Source: Eubacteriales bacterium
Lineage (GTDB): Bacteria > Bacillota > Clostridia > Oscillospirales > CAG-272
DNA length: 64,000 nt
Direction: 5' to 3'
Assembly (NCBI GenBank): GCA_045594445.1
Contig: JAZNYL010000111.1
Location: 10,087-74,086, forward strand
Below the pieces are notes generated by a model. That model did no database searches, was not told the DNA's origin, and saw only the letters and a program-made list of their open reading frames with translations. A program made the position numbers and the translations under genes. Shown here in pieces: positions 1 through 8,544 of this stretch. Each line of letters opens with the position of its first letter. Position 1 is the stretch's first letter.

Positions 1-1405
1 TAATGGTATAAGTACGATTGGTAGTACCGGTGGAAACAGTATGTTCAACGGATTCACCTGTTTCATCACCATATTTAATATATTCAACTTTATACACAAC
101 TCCATCGGTTGTTGTCGCATCTACATCATCCTTCAAAATAAAGCTGAAGCTTCCATTAGGATCGTATGTAAAGTTCACAACGTTATTTACTGCGCCCAAA
201 TTCTCCGCATTTTGGATATGATCTAAAGTATTAAAGGTAATAGTATAGGTCTTTGGATCCTGCTTGGTGATCGAAACAGTTACATTTTCAGTTACGCCCG
301 TCAGAATCCACTTACCATCCTGACCATCTACAGGAGTCAATGTACCATTGGAAACAGACAGCGTATAGTCATAGTTCTTATCCTCTGCTTCGATAGTAAT
401 AGATCCCTTGTTATATTCAATAGTCGTATTACCGGTAAGGCCATCATCCAAAGTAACATTCAAGTCGGCGGGAGTAACTGCAAATTCCTCTGTATTGATA
501 GTAATGGTCGCAGGGGTCAAGTCGTTTGCTTTTGCATCAGCAGCAGTACTGAGTGCTGCACCGGTAAGTTTAACATTTGCGGAGCCACTTGCCGCACCGT
601 TCAGGCTATCAACAGTGAATGCCAAAGTATAAGCAGTCACAGTACCTTCAGTCCAAGTGGTTGTCTCACCGTGGTCAATGATCTTAATCGCTCCGTTCTC
701 TGCCGTAATGTCCGCACCGTTAGCAGTAGAATTATCAGAATCGAACGTCAGGCCGGTATAGCTCAGCTCCAGCTCGGAAGAAGCAAACTCACCGGTGGTA
801 CCGCCAACCAGAACGTCAACGGTGATGGTGTCGCCAACCTTTACTTTTTCATAGTTGGTATCCAAATCTGCGGTGTATGCCTTGTCGGTGGGGATAGTGG
901 GAGTTTCGCCGCCGGGAGTACCATCGCTCAGGTTCAATGTATTGGAAGTCACAGTAGCGCTAGACCAATCAAACTTATTACCATCAATGTCAGCAGCAAT
1001 AACCGTTGCGCCGAAGGACAGTTCATCACCGACCGCATTAGTGGTGTCAACAGTAACCGTCACAATTTCTTTCCCGGCAGAAGCATTCTCATTCACTTCA
1101 CCTCCTGCGCCCATGACAGAAATTATACCAGTCGTTTTATTAGTGGTGAAATTCCCGCCGCCAATTTCATCGTAGTTAGCGCCTTTGCTGATTGTAGCAA
1201 TTGTGCATCCCTCGGGCAGATTCAGTGTGAACTCCAAAGTATACCACTCAAATGTATCTGTGGTTCTTACCTGTAAAGTTATAGTGTTTTCCGCACTGAT
1301 AGAGGCAACCATTTCCATGGGCGCTTCGTCTGCCGCAAAAATCGCCATGGGGAGTAGGTTTCCAATCATCAGCATGACTATGAGCATTGACAAAATCTTT
1401 TTCAT
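1..1405 (-). CDS. Secreted protein with two cohesin-like modules (partial; C-terminus lies beyond the window start)
   Basis: Absent from the ORF track because there is no stop in the window. My reverse-complement translation from the ATG at 1405 (GGAAGG RBS at 1415-1420) gives MKKILSMLIVMLMIGNLLPMAIFAADEA..., a Sec signal peptide, and stays open to nt 1. Two ~130-aa modules (about nt 926-1315 and 497-880) show a cohesin-like pattern, e.g. KVKVGDTITVDVLVGGTTGEFASSELELSYTGLTFD. Thr/Val-rich Ig-like repeats follow. The CDS is solid; the cohesin assignment is by motif only. Confidence 0.6.
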   Translation of the reverse strand, partial: MKKILSMLIVMLMIGNLLPMAIFAADEAPMEMVASISAENTITLQVRTTDTFEWYTLEFTLNLPEGCTIATISKGANYDEIGGGNFTTNKTTGIISVMGAGGEVNENASAGKEIVTVTVDTTNAVGDELSFGATVIAADIDGNKFDWSSATVTSNTLNLSDGTPGGETPTIPTDKAYTADLDTNYEKVKVGDTITVDVLVGGTTGEFASSELELSYTGLTFDSDNSTANGADITAENGAIKIIDHGETTTWTEGTVTAYTLAFTVDSLNGAASGSANVKLTGAALSTAADAKANDLTPATITINTEEFAVTPADLNVTLDDGLTGNTTIEYNKGSITIEAEDKNYDYTLSVSNGTLTPVDGQDGKWILTGVTENVTVSITKQDPKTYTITFNTLDHIQNAENLGAVNNVVNFTYDPNGSFSFILKDDVDATTTDGVVYKVEYIKYGDETGESVEHTVSTGTTNRTYTI

Positions 1406-1444
1406 AATGCTATTCCTTCCTAATTGGTATATTAAATAAAACAT

Positions 1445-4400
1445 TTACCACTGCAGAGTGCGACTCTTAACTGCTACACGCTGAGCTTGACCCGCATCGA
1501 TAGTATCCACTACACCGTCTCCGTTAATATCACAAGTCAAGACATTCAATTCGGTGCAAGTACGGCTCTTAACTGCAATACGCTGCATCTGACCCGCATC
1601 AATGGTGTCTACTATCCCATCTCCGTTCAAATCGCCGAAAACCGCCAAAATAATCTGATCACCCACAGCAAGTGTTGCGGTAAAACTATGTTTACCATCA
1701 ACCATGCTTGCAGGTATTTTGTCATAGCCGCCGTCGGCCTTCTTCACCAGCACTACACAAGCAATGTCATTTGTGCTTTCTACGTTGAAGGTGTTCTCGC
1801 CGACAATCCAGCCGGATGCAGGTGCTGCTACAGTGATCTCAGTTGCCCCGTATGTTACGGTTACGGAACCGTTTTCATCCACAGTTCCAACAGTTGTGCC
1901 GTTACCAATGGTAGGGACAAGGGGTTCTTTCTCACCACAACCGGTGCATACACCGTCAACGTAGGTATGGTCAGTTACGTTTACTGTAATAGTATCGCGG
2001 CTGAGCTCAGCGTTACAAACAGTACAGTATACAACGTTATCGTAACTACCTTGAGCAGTACATGTTGCGGCCTTTTCGTTCTCGACAACAACTGCGCCCT
2101 CGGTATGCGCTGCGAGTTCAAGTGCCTTGGTCTCGCGGCTGAGTTCAGTGTTGCATGCGGAGCAGTAAACGACTTGGTCGTAGGAGCCTGCTACGGTGCA
2201 GGTGGATTCCACTCTGTTCTCTACTACTGCAGCTGCGGGGGTGTGCGCGATCTTCTCAACCGTCACAGTATTGCGGCTGAGCTCTGCGTTACATACAGAG
2301 CAGTAAACTACGTTATCGTAGCTACCTTCTGCGGTACAGGTTGCGGCAACTTCGTTCTCCACAACAACTGCGCCCTCGGTATGCGCTGCGAGTTCAAGTG
2401 CCTTGGTCTCGCGGCTCAGTTCAGTGTTACATACAGAGCAGTAAACGACTTCGTCGTAGGAGCCTGCTACGGTGCAGGTGGATGCCTTTTCGTTTTCCTT
2501 TACTGCAGCTGCGGGGGTATGCCCTGTTGCAGCGGTTTCGCTATCCTTATAGGAATCACTGCAGACGGAGCAAGTATGAGTCGTATAACCCTTCTCCGTA
2601 CAAGTCGGATTGGTTACAATGGATTCGTATTTGTGTCCAAGTGCGTCTCCCTCGGTTGCGCCACATACGGAGCAAGTCTTGGGAGCGGTGCAGGTTGCAT
2701 CCGTCCACTTGTGGCCAAGTTGGGAAATCGCCTCGGTATAAGTATCGCCGCAGACGGTGCAGGTATAGGTCTTAACACCGGGTGTAGTACAAGTGGGCTG
2801 TGTGGTCACAACACCATCATTATAAGTATGCGTGATGGTTCTGGTTTCACCGCAGACGTTACAAACGGTATCGCAGCTGTTAGTGTAGGTGTGGTTTCCT
2901 TCGCAGTCAATTCTCCAGGAGCCGCTATGGGCAATGGATACATTTTGTGAATCGGTCAATTTGTATTTTGTATTATATTTATCCGCATAGTACACATCGT
3001 ATGTATACGACTTCACGGTGTGGTCACCGGTAGCGGACAGATAGCTCTTCCCTGCCACAAGATCAATGCGGCTGCCGTCAGCTGCAAAGACCTGCGCCTT
3101 GAGAGTGCGCACCGTTGCGCCAACCAGCTCGTAAGAAAATTCATAATCACCGGTAATATTTGTATACCAATAACCTACGCCACCGATCTGGGTGGTTGTT
3201 TGCGTTGTAAAACCGGATGCGACCACGATCTTACCGGTATTCGAGGTAGACTGAATCAAGCCACCAAACGCGCCGCTGTTGAGATTCAACGTACCGTTAA
3301 CGATCAACTGTGCAGAGCCGCTCAAACCTGCATTCTGCAATTGCTGAGTTGTAGGATACGGGCTTTGCGAACCAACAGAGCCGGCTGCCATAAAGGCAGT
3401 GGTCGCAGAATCGATACGGCTATCGTTCGCAAAAGCAGAATGGAAAATAAACTTGTTGCCGGTATTTCCGCCGCCTGTTTCTGTACTGCCCATATTACGG
3501 ACTGCGGTATAGTCCTGCAAACCGTCAAACACCGTCACTTTGGCGTTCACGTTCATGGTTGCACCCTCATTGACAGTCAGGGTGGCACCGGGCAGAAGCA
3601 TCATACTATTTGTGATGGTAAAGGTGCCGCTATTCACCACTACGTCATAGTTATAAGGAACAGGGAACGTAAGACTGCTCGTGTTGATAGTTGCCTTTAC
3701 GACGCCTTGGGCGTTCAAATAGATGGAAAAGTATCCAAACTCCGTATTACCGTCCAACGTGATTTTGGTTCTGCCAACGTTCTCGATTACGTTAGTTTTG
3801 GAATATTCAATGGTAGCGGTTGCGCCCTCGTGAAGTCGGATCAGGCACTGCATGTAACTCGTATCATATTCCCCAATAAGTGTAATTCTGGAATAGTTAT
3901 GATCGCCACCGGCATAGAGATCTACGTAAGCATCTACGTAGCCACCATAATTGACCACCTGCTTACACTGTACAGCCATTACGGAATAGCGGATAAAGGG
4001 CATGAGTACCGCTTCGCCGGAAGGATGGGTGATTTCGGGGCTAACAGTAATAGTGTTTTTATCTGCAACCTGGCTGGTAACGCCTACGGTGTATCCGCCG
4101 CCCTTAAAGTCATTGATGGTAAACGGCACGTACATTCTGCCGCCCTTCTTTACGTTGACGGTACCATCGCCGTAGATAAATCCGCAGGAGGAAAGCTTTC
4201 CGCTATTATATGCTGCACCATCACCTACGTTGATCGTCGCACCGTTTGCCAAATACACGTCAGAGTGTGCACCCGTGATCATACCTGTACCCGAAACGGT
4301 ACCGCCTACAGCCATAAGGCCATTTACGTTGATAGTAGTTCCGGAAGGAACGGTCAGCTTCAGGAAAGTATTGCTGTCACCGGGGGCTGCCGGGTTACTG

Positions 4401-6859
4401 ACGCTTGTAGAGGTTGTATGTGTTACGCATGCGTAAGCAAAATTACTACTGTCAGCTATCATACCGTTAGCATGCGGCACCAACAACGTAACGCCCGCGG
4501 GAATCGTAAACGTTGTCCGTCCGTCAGAACCGTACACATTACCGCCATTAATCACGGTAATCGTACCACTGCTGCCTGCAGCGGTGATTGCCTCATCAAG
4601 GTATGCGTAACTGATGCCGTCGCCTACGTTATACCTCGCAGCACCGCTCTGCACAAACACCGCGTTGAGCTGCGCATTCGCAGGCAACGTGCCCGTATAA
4701 GATGCACTTGACGAAATACGGGAGCTACCGTTTGCCCAATAGTAGAACACGTAGCCTGTAGGAACGGTTGCGTTCAAGGTGAATTGCGTATCTTTATCCA
4801 AAGTAAGCTTCTGCGCAGCGCTGCCCGGCTGCATAGTATAGGTCGTTTCATCTACCGTAACGGTATAGCTGCCGCGCACAGGAGCATTCAGAGTGATCTC
4901 CGAACCATTATATTCAAACACGGGCTTAACTGCCGCATCACCCACAGGCAGCACGTAAGGATTGGCGCGGCTTACCTCCAAGCCATCTGCATTCACCCAC
5001 TTGACAAATTTATAGAGGGAGTCGGGCGTTGCCTGCAGGGTAAAGCTACCGCTTGGTCCCGTGCCGCTATGCAAGCCTGTAGAAGGCACCGTGGTTCCGT
5101 TGACCGTATAAGAGCCATGCTCAACATACTCGAAATCCTTGTAAACGTCTCCGATCTTTTCAAAGATGGCAGTGAACTGATGACCGTTGATCGCACCAAG
5201 GGTGATCATACAACTCTCGCCACCGGGGAGCATTTCTCCTGTAGTCAAATCCTTCCAGCCTACAAACTCATAGTCGGTATTCGGAACCGCATATATCAAC
5301 ACATCCTGCGCCGACTGCCCCCAAGCATTCGAATTAACGATCGGTATGGCCAACGTCACATTGCCTGTAACCTGCGTTCTATCATCTGTACTATTATTCG
5401 AATTGTCATAATAGAAGCTGCCACCGTCAGTGGGTTTCACAAACGTAGCCGAAGTGCCGCCTGCGGATCTTATATAGATAGGTGAAATAGTCTTACCCTC
5501 ATACTGCCCCAAATTCACCGAGATCACACGCTCCATGGAGATCAGTTCGGCATTATTCAGCCACTCTAATCCGGAAGCTACAGAAGCACTTCCACCATTT
5601 TGATTATAGGCTTCGCCTACGTACCAACCTGCGAAGACTGCGTTTCTGTCGGAATTTGGCCATGCTCGCAGCCAGACAGTATCGGTGGTTCTCCCGGTGT
5701 GCTCTAACAAACGAGAGGTACCTGTAACTTCTCCCAGTTGAGTACCTTCTTTTTCTGAATGAACCGAATAAGTTCCGTCTACGTCGACATTAATCGTAGG
5801 AACATGTTCAAAATACACCGACGCGGCCTTATAAAAACGGGCAACCAAGTCGATTTTATCATCAGCCGTCTTAATTTCCTTACCATAATAGTCTTCCGTG
5901 GTAATCAGGTCGCCACTTTCTTTATCATAGAAACCTTCAAACTCATAGCCCTTTGCACAATTTGCATAAACCATTACCTTGTGGCCTATTTTTACCTTTG
6001 TGCCACTGTCGATTTCTGTATAGATCTGCGAGTTAAGGTCTCCCCATTTCTCATAATCTCTTAAAGTTACGCTGCCTGTATTCGCGTCTTCAGGCACAGC
6101 ATTCACCATGACAGAATCCGCTTTTTCAACGACGCTGTTGATGGTAAGGGTCATTGATTTTACTGCTTTCGCTGAGGAGTTTTCAAGACTAATCTCGATA
6201 TATCCCGGCTTTTCCGTGGCCGCATATACTTCGTGTGACACATTAGAGACACTCTTTTCGGATGTATTATAGGATTTTGCGGTAGTTAGTTCAGTTTGGG
6301 AAATAAAGTCGTAGTAATGAGTGGTAGATGTGGACGGATCTGTCCAATAGTAATAGCAATATACCTCCTTAGCAGCCTCACACGAAAATGAAAGATTGAT
6401 GGTCGCATTCTTCTTTGGGGTCAGCCTCAGATAGATTCCGCTTGGATTACTATTACCAGCTGTCTTAATATTTTTAAACTCAAACGTCTCCGTGCCGTTG
6501 TCAACGCTATATATTACCGTATTGGTCGTACCGTAGCCATCTGCTGTTGCCGGCTGACGTGCAACGATCTCATAATCGAAAACATCCGAGAATAAACCTT
6601 CTTTTGCTGCCGTATTTTCATTTTCTAAAACAAGATAATATTGCTGTTTCCCACCGGTACCAGTGTAATTAGTGGAGAGCACGCAGTCGGTTGACCAAGA
6701 AACATTCGTTTTAATAGTTTGATCAGTCGACTCCTCCGCATGAACATCCAAAACACCCAGAGAAGGCAGATCGAACGGTAAGTCGCTAAAAGCAGGCGCA
6801 AGCATTGAAAACACAAGGGTCAGTGCAAGTGCGGTACGTATCCATTTGCTGAAATTCAT
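1445..6859 (-). CDS. 1,804-aa secreted surface protein with a C-terminal type I dockerin, Listeria-Bacteroides-type repeats, a beta-helix-like core and Cys/His-rich modules
   Basis: ORF track. The N-terminal signal peptide is MNFSKWIRTALALTLVFSMLAPAFS. At least five repeats end in GY-x-F-x-GW-like motifs (GYEFEGFY, VFAGWY, DYEFVGWK, LYKFVKWV, GYVFYYW). The Gly/Asn/Thr-rich central region looks like a parallel beta-helix. Nine or more CxxxGxxxxxCxxC...H modules follow, then a dockerin duplicate at the C-terminus. A GGAGGA RBS precedes the ATG, 23 nt after the upstream pilin-like gene. Confidence 0.88.
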   Translation of the reverse strand: MNFSKWIRTALALTLVFSMLAPAFSDLPFDLPSLGVLDVHAEESTDQTIKTNVSWSTDCVLSTNYTGTGGKQQYYLVLENENTAAKEGLFSDVFDYEIVARQPATADGYGTTNTVIYSVDNGTETFEFKNIKTAGNSNPSGIYLRLTPKKNATINLSFSCEAAKEVYCYYYWTDPSTSTTHYYDFISQTELTTAKSYNTSEKSVSNVSHEVYAATEKPGYIEISLENSSAKAVKSMTLTINSVVEKADSVMVNAVPEDANTGSVTLRDYEKWGDLNSQIYTEIDSGTKVKIGHKVMVYANCAKGYEFEGFYDKESGDLITTEDYYGKEIKTADDKIDLVARFYKAASVYFEHVPTINVDVDGTYSVHSEKEGTQLGEVTGTSRLLEHTGRTTDTVWLRAWPNSDRNAVFAGWYVGEAYNQNGGSASVASGLEWLNNAELISMERVISVNLGQYEGKTISPIYIRSAGGTSATFVKPTDGGSFYYDNSNNSTDDRTQVTGNVTLAIPIVNSNAWGQSAQDVLIYAVPNTDYEFVGWKDLTTGEMLPGGESCMITLGAINGHQFTAIFEKIGDVYKDFEYVEHGSYTVNGTTVPSTGLHSGTGPSGSFTLQATPDSLYKFVKWVNADGLEVSRANPYVLPVGDAAVKPVFEYNGSEITLNAPVRGSYTVTVDETTYTMQPGSAAQKLTLDKDTQFTLNATVPTGYVFYYWANGSSRISSSASYTGTLPANAQLNAVFVQSGAARYNVGDGISYAYLDEAITAAGSSGTITVINGGNVYGSDGRTTFTIPAGVTLLVPHANGMIADSSNFAYACVTHTTSTSVSNPAAPGDSNTFLKLTVPSGTTINVNGLMAVGGTVSGTGMITGAHSDVYLANGATINVGDGAAYNSGKLSSCGFIYGDGTVNVKKGGRMYVPFTINDFKGGGYTVGVTSQVADKNTITVSPEITHPSGEAVLMPFIRYSVMAVQCKQVVNYGGYVDAYVDLYAGGDHNYSRITLIGEYDTSYMQCLIRLHEGATATIEYSKTNVIENVGRTKITLDGNTEFGYFSIYLNAQGVVKATINTSSLTFPVPYNYDVVVNSGTFTITNSMMLLPGATLTVNEGATMNVNAKVTVFDGLQDYTAVRNMGSTETGGGNTGNKFIFHSAFANDSRIDSATTAFMAAGSVGSQSPYPTTQQLQNAGLSGSAQLIVNGTLNLNSGAFGGLIQSTSNTGKIVVASGFTTQTTTQIGGVGYWYTNITGDYEFSYELVGATVRTLKAQVFAADGSRIDLVAGKSYLSATGDHTVKSYTYDVYYADKYNTKYKLTDSQNVSIAHSGSWRIDCEGNHTYTNSCDTVCNVCGETRTITHTYNDGVVTTQPTCTTPGVKTYTCTVCGDTYTEAISQLGHKWTDATCTAPKTCSVCGATEGDALGHKYESIVTNPTCTEKGYTTHTCSVCSDSYKDSETAATGHTPAAAVKENEKASTCTVAGSYDEVVYCSVCNTELSRETKALELAAHTEGAVVVENEVAATCTAEGSYDNVVYCSVCNAELSRNTVTVEKIAHTPAAAVVENRVESTCTVAGSYDQVVYCSACNTELSRETKALELAAHTEGAVVVENEKAATCTAQGSYDNVVYCTVCNAELSRDTITVNVTDHTYVDGVCTGCGEKEPLVPTIGNGTTVGTVDENGSVTVTYGATEITVAAPASGWIVGENTFNVESTNDIACVVLVKKADGGYDKIPASMVDGKHSFTATLAVGDQIILAVFGDLNGDGIVDTIDAGQMQRIAVKSRTCTELNVLTCDINGDGVVDTIDAGQAQRVAVKSRTLQW
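1448..1633 (-). other. Type I dockerin module (two Ca-binding EF-hand-like segments)
   Basis: The C-terminal sequence is DLNGDGIVDTIDAGQMQRIAVKSRT...DINGDGVVDTIDAGQAQRVAVKSRTLQW. This is the duplicated DxNxDGxxxxxD loop plus helix characteristic of dockerins. Confidence 0.8.
1975..2527 (-). repeat. Tandem 276-bp (92-aa) duplication inside the dockerin protein gene, each unit built from two 138-bp (46-aa) Cys-rich sub-units
   Basis: GCGGCTGAGCTC... recurs at 1997 and 2273, a period of 276 bp. The protein units HTPAAAV(K/V)EN..STCTVAGSYD(E/Q)VVYCS(V/A)CNTELSRETKALELAAHTEGAVVVENE(V/K)AATCTA(E/Q)GSYDNVVYC(S/T)VCNAELSR are nearly identical. Confidence 0.85.
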
Positions 6860-6882
6860 ATTGTATCCTCCATATATAAAAG

Positions 6883-8061
6883 TTAATCTTGACCTATTAC
6901 TTTTTCGATCAAGTCTTCATAAACTCCAAAGCCCACATAATCTCCGTTTTCGTCCAAGAGATCGTCTCCCGTGATGTTATTGGAATTGCTACCGATGATA
7001 TTCATAGCCCCCTTGTAGCCGTTCATGGCATTCATAATCTTGTCTCGGTTTGCAGGGTTTTCCATCCATTTGACAAAATCACTGTACTCTGTTTTGGAAT
7101 TACCCTTTTCGTCTTCAACTTCTTTGGTATCTGACATCGCATCAAACAGTTTGCTGGGGTCATCGTTATATTCGTAGCCGGTCTCCTTTGCCCATGCCAA
7201 ACCCAATGCATAATGCATTGCCACGGTTGTAACGTCCTGCGTGTCGTTGCTGTTTACATAGAGAATGTAGCCATAGCCGCCCTTTTCGGCAAGAATCGCA
7301 TTATAAACGTCCTGATTGTCCAGATCCTGCGAATTTTGAGCGGTATAAACCACCAGCGCGCTCATTTTCTGCTCATTGTTATTGGGGTCGTTAATATCCA
7401 AACCGGGATACATAGCTGCAAAGATTTCTTGGAAGGATGGTTCATTCACAAGTCCAGCCAACAGGCTATTCGTGTCAACCATACCTGCTGCAAAGTCAAC
7501 CACAGCATCCACGTTGGTGACAAGATCTCCGGGGGTCATTACGTTGGAGTCTGCAAAAATGGAGCCGAGCAATGCGGTTCTGTCGGTAGGATCAACAATG
7601 TACTCTTTGCCTTTGAATGGGTAGGTCAAGGCCAATCCGGTGGTGCCTTTCCAGCTGAAGCTTGTACCATTGAAAAATGCGAAACCGCTATTGAGGAGCT
7701 TGAAGGTTTCGGTAGCATCAACGACCTGATTGAAAAGGTCGGTTAATGCTGCATTGGTTTTCTCTGCAAGGTCGTTACCGTCTGCGGTTTTCAATGCTAT
7801 AACAAATTTTCCGTTTTCGGTCTTCAGCGATCCGTCCGACTGTATTGCGATCTCTGCACGTACGTCTGCGGGATCGATACCTTCGCTTAGGCAAGCGGCA
7901 GTGAGCGCGTCGGTCATGATGTTCAAAAGCTCGTTATCCGCAGCCTCTTGTGCCTTAGGGATATAGACGCTGACGCCGATGACAGCGACGCTTGCGAGTA
8001 CCGCCATAATGGCGATTACCACGATCAGTTCAACGAGGGAAAATCCTTTGTTGTTTCTCAT
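6883..8061 (-). CDS. Large (392-aa) prepilin-type N-terminal cleavage/methylation domain protein (pilin-like)
   Basis: The N-terminus MRNNKG|FSLVELIVVIAIMAVLASVAVIG has the class III signal: Gly-1, Phe+1, Glu+5 and a hydrophobic helix. An AAGGAGA RBS lies 9 nt upstream. I do not recognise the remaining ~360 aa. Confidence 0.85.
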   Translation of the reverse strand: MRNNKGFSLVELIVVIAIMAVLASVAVIGVSVYIPKAQEAADNELLNIMTDALTAACLSEGIDPADVRAEIAIQSDGSLKTENGKFVIALKTADGNDLAEKTNAALTDLFNQVVDATETFKLLNSGFAFFNGTSFSWKGTTGLALTYPFKGKEYIVDPTDRTALLGSIFADSNVMTPGDLVTNVDAVVDFAAGMVDTNSLLAGLVNEPSFQEIFAAMYPGLDINDPNNNEQKMSALVVYTAQNSQDLDNQDVYNAILAEKGGYGYILYVNSNDTQDVTTVAMHYALGLAWAKETGYEYNDDPSKLFDAMSDTKEVEDEKGNSKTEYSDFVKWMENPANRDKIMNAMNGYKGAMNIIGSNSNNITGDDLLDENGDYVGFGVYEDLIEKVIGQD

Positions 8062-8475
8062 CTTCTTGTTTCTCCTTAAAAATTAAATTATTTTTCGTAA
8101 GCTTATTAGCATGATCGGGTGTCATGCTAACGTGTGCAAGGCTTTTGCAAGTCTCGCGATTGGAACCCCTGTTTTTTCACAGGAGTCTCTTTTAGTAGTA
8201 ATCATGTGTTGCTAACTTTGATTATTTCGCACAAATTTGGCGAAAATTTCAAAATGCCCCCATGATTATTCCATTCTATTATACTTAAATAATTTTTTTT
8301 TACAATCCCCTTTTCACCAACGGGCGCGTTGCTTGCACGAAACGCCATTTTTGCGATCTCTACGATTATATATATCAGAATATCTCGTTATTATCTATAC
8401 CTATTATATGCCTTTTGACTTTTTGCGACGTCAAAGGGCACGCTTTCGGCAGGTCGGCTACAAGTCTTTTGGGGA

Positions 8476-8511
8476 TAAAAAAACAGCGAAGACTCGTATG
8501 AGTCTTCTCTG
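8476..8511 (-). terminator. Rho-independent terminator after the small pilin gene
   Basis: Stem GAAGACTC / GAGTCTTC (8488-8495 / 8500-8507) with loop GTAT, followed on the minus strand by a run of T (the A-run 8476-8483 on plus). Confidence 0.7.
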
Positions 8512-8544
8512 TTTATGTAGTTAATGTAATAATTTGTTATTTTA

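Noticed and set aside
1975-2527. Whether the tandem direct repeats here, and at 12221-12307, could be a CRISPR array.
   Set aside because: Both lie inside intact reading frames. The units are contiguous with no unique spacers, and no cas genes are nearby.
1487-4711. Plus-strand ORFs of 487 aa (1487-2950) and 563 aa (3020-4711).
   Set aside because: They are antisense to the 1,804-aa dockerin protein, whose signal peptide, repeats and dockerin are coherent. The plus-strand products are Cys/Arg-rich nonsense.
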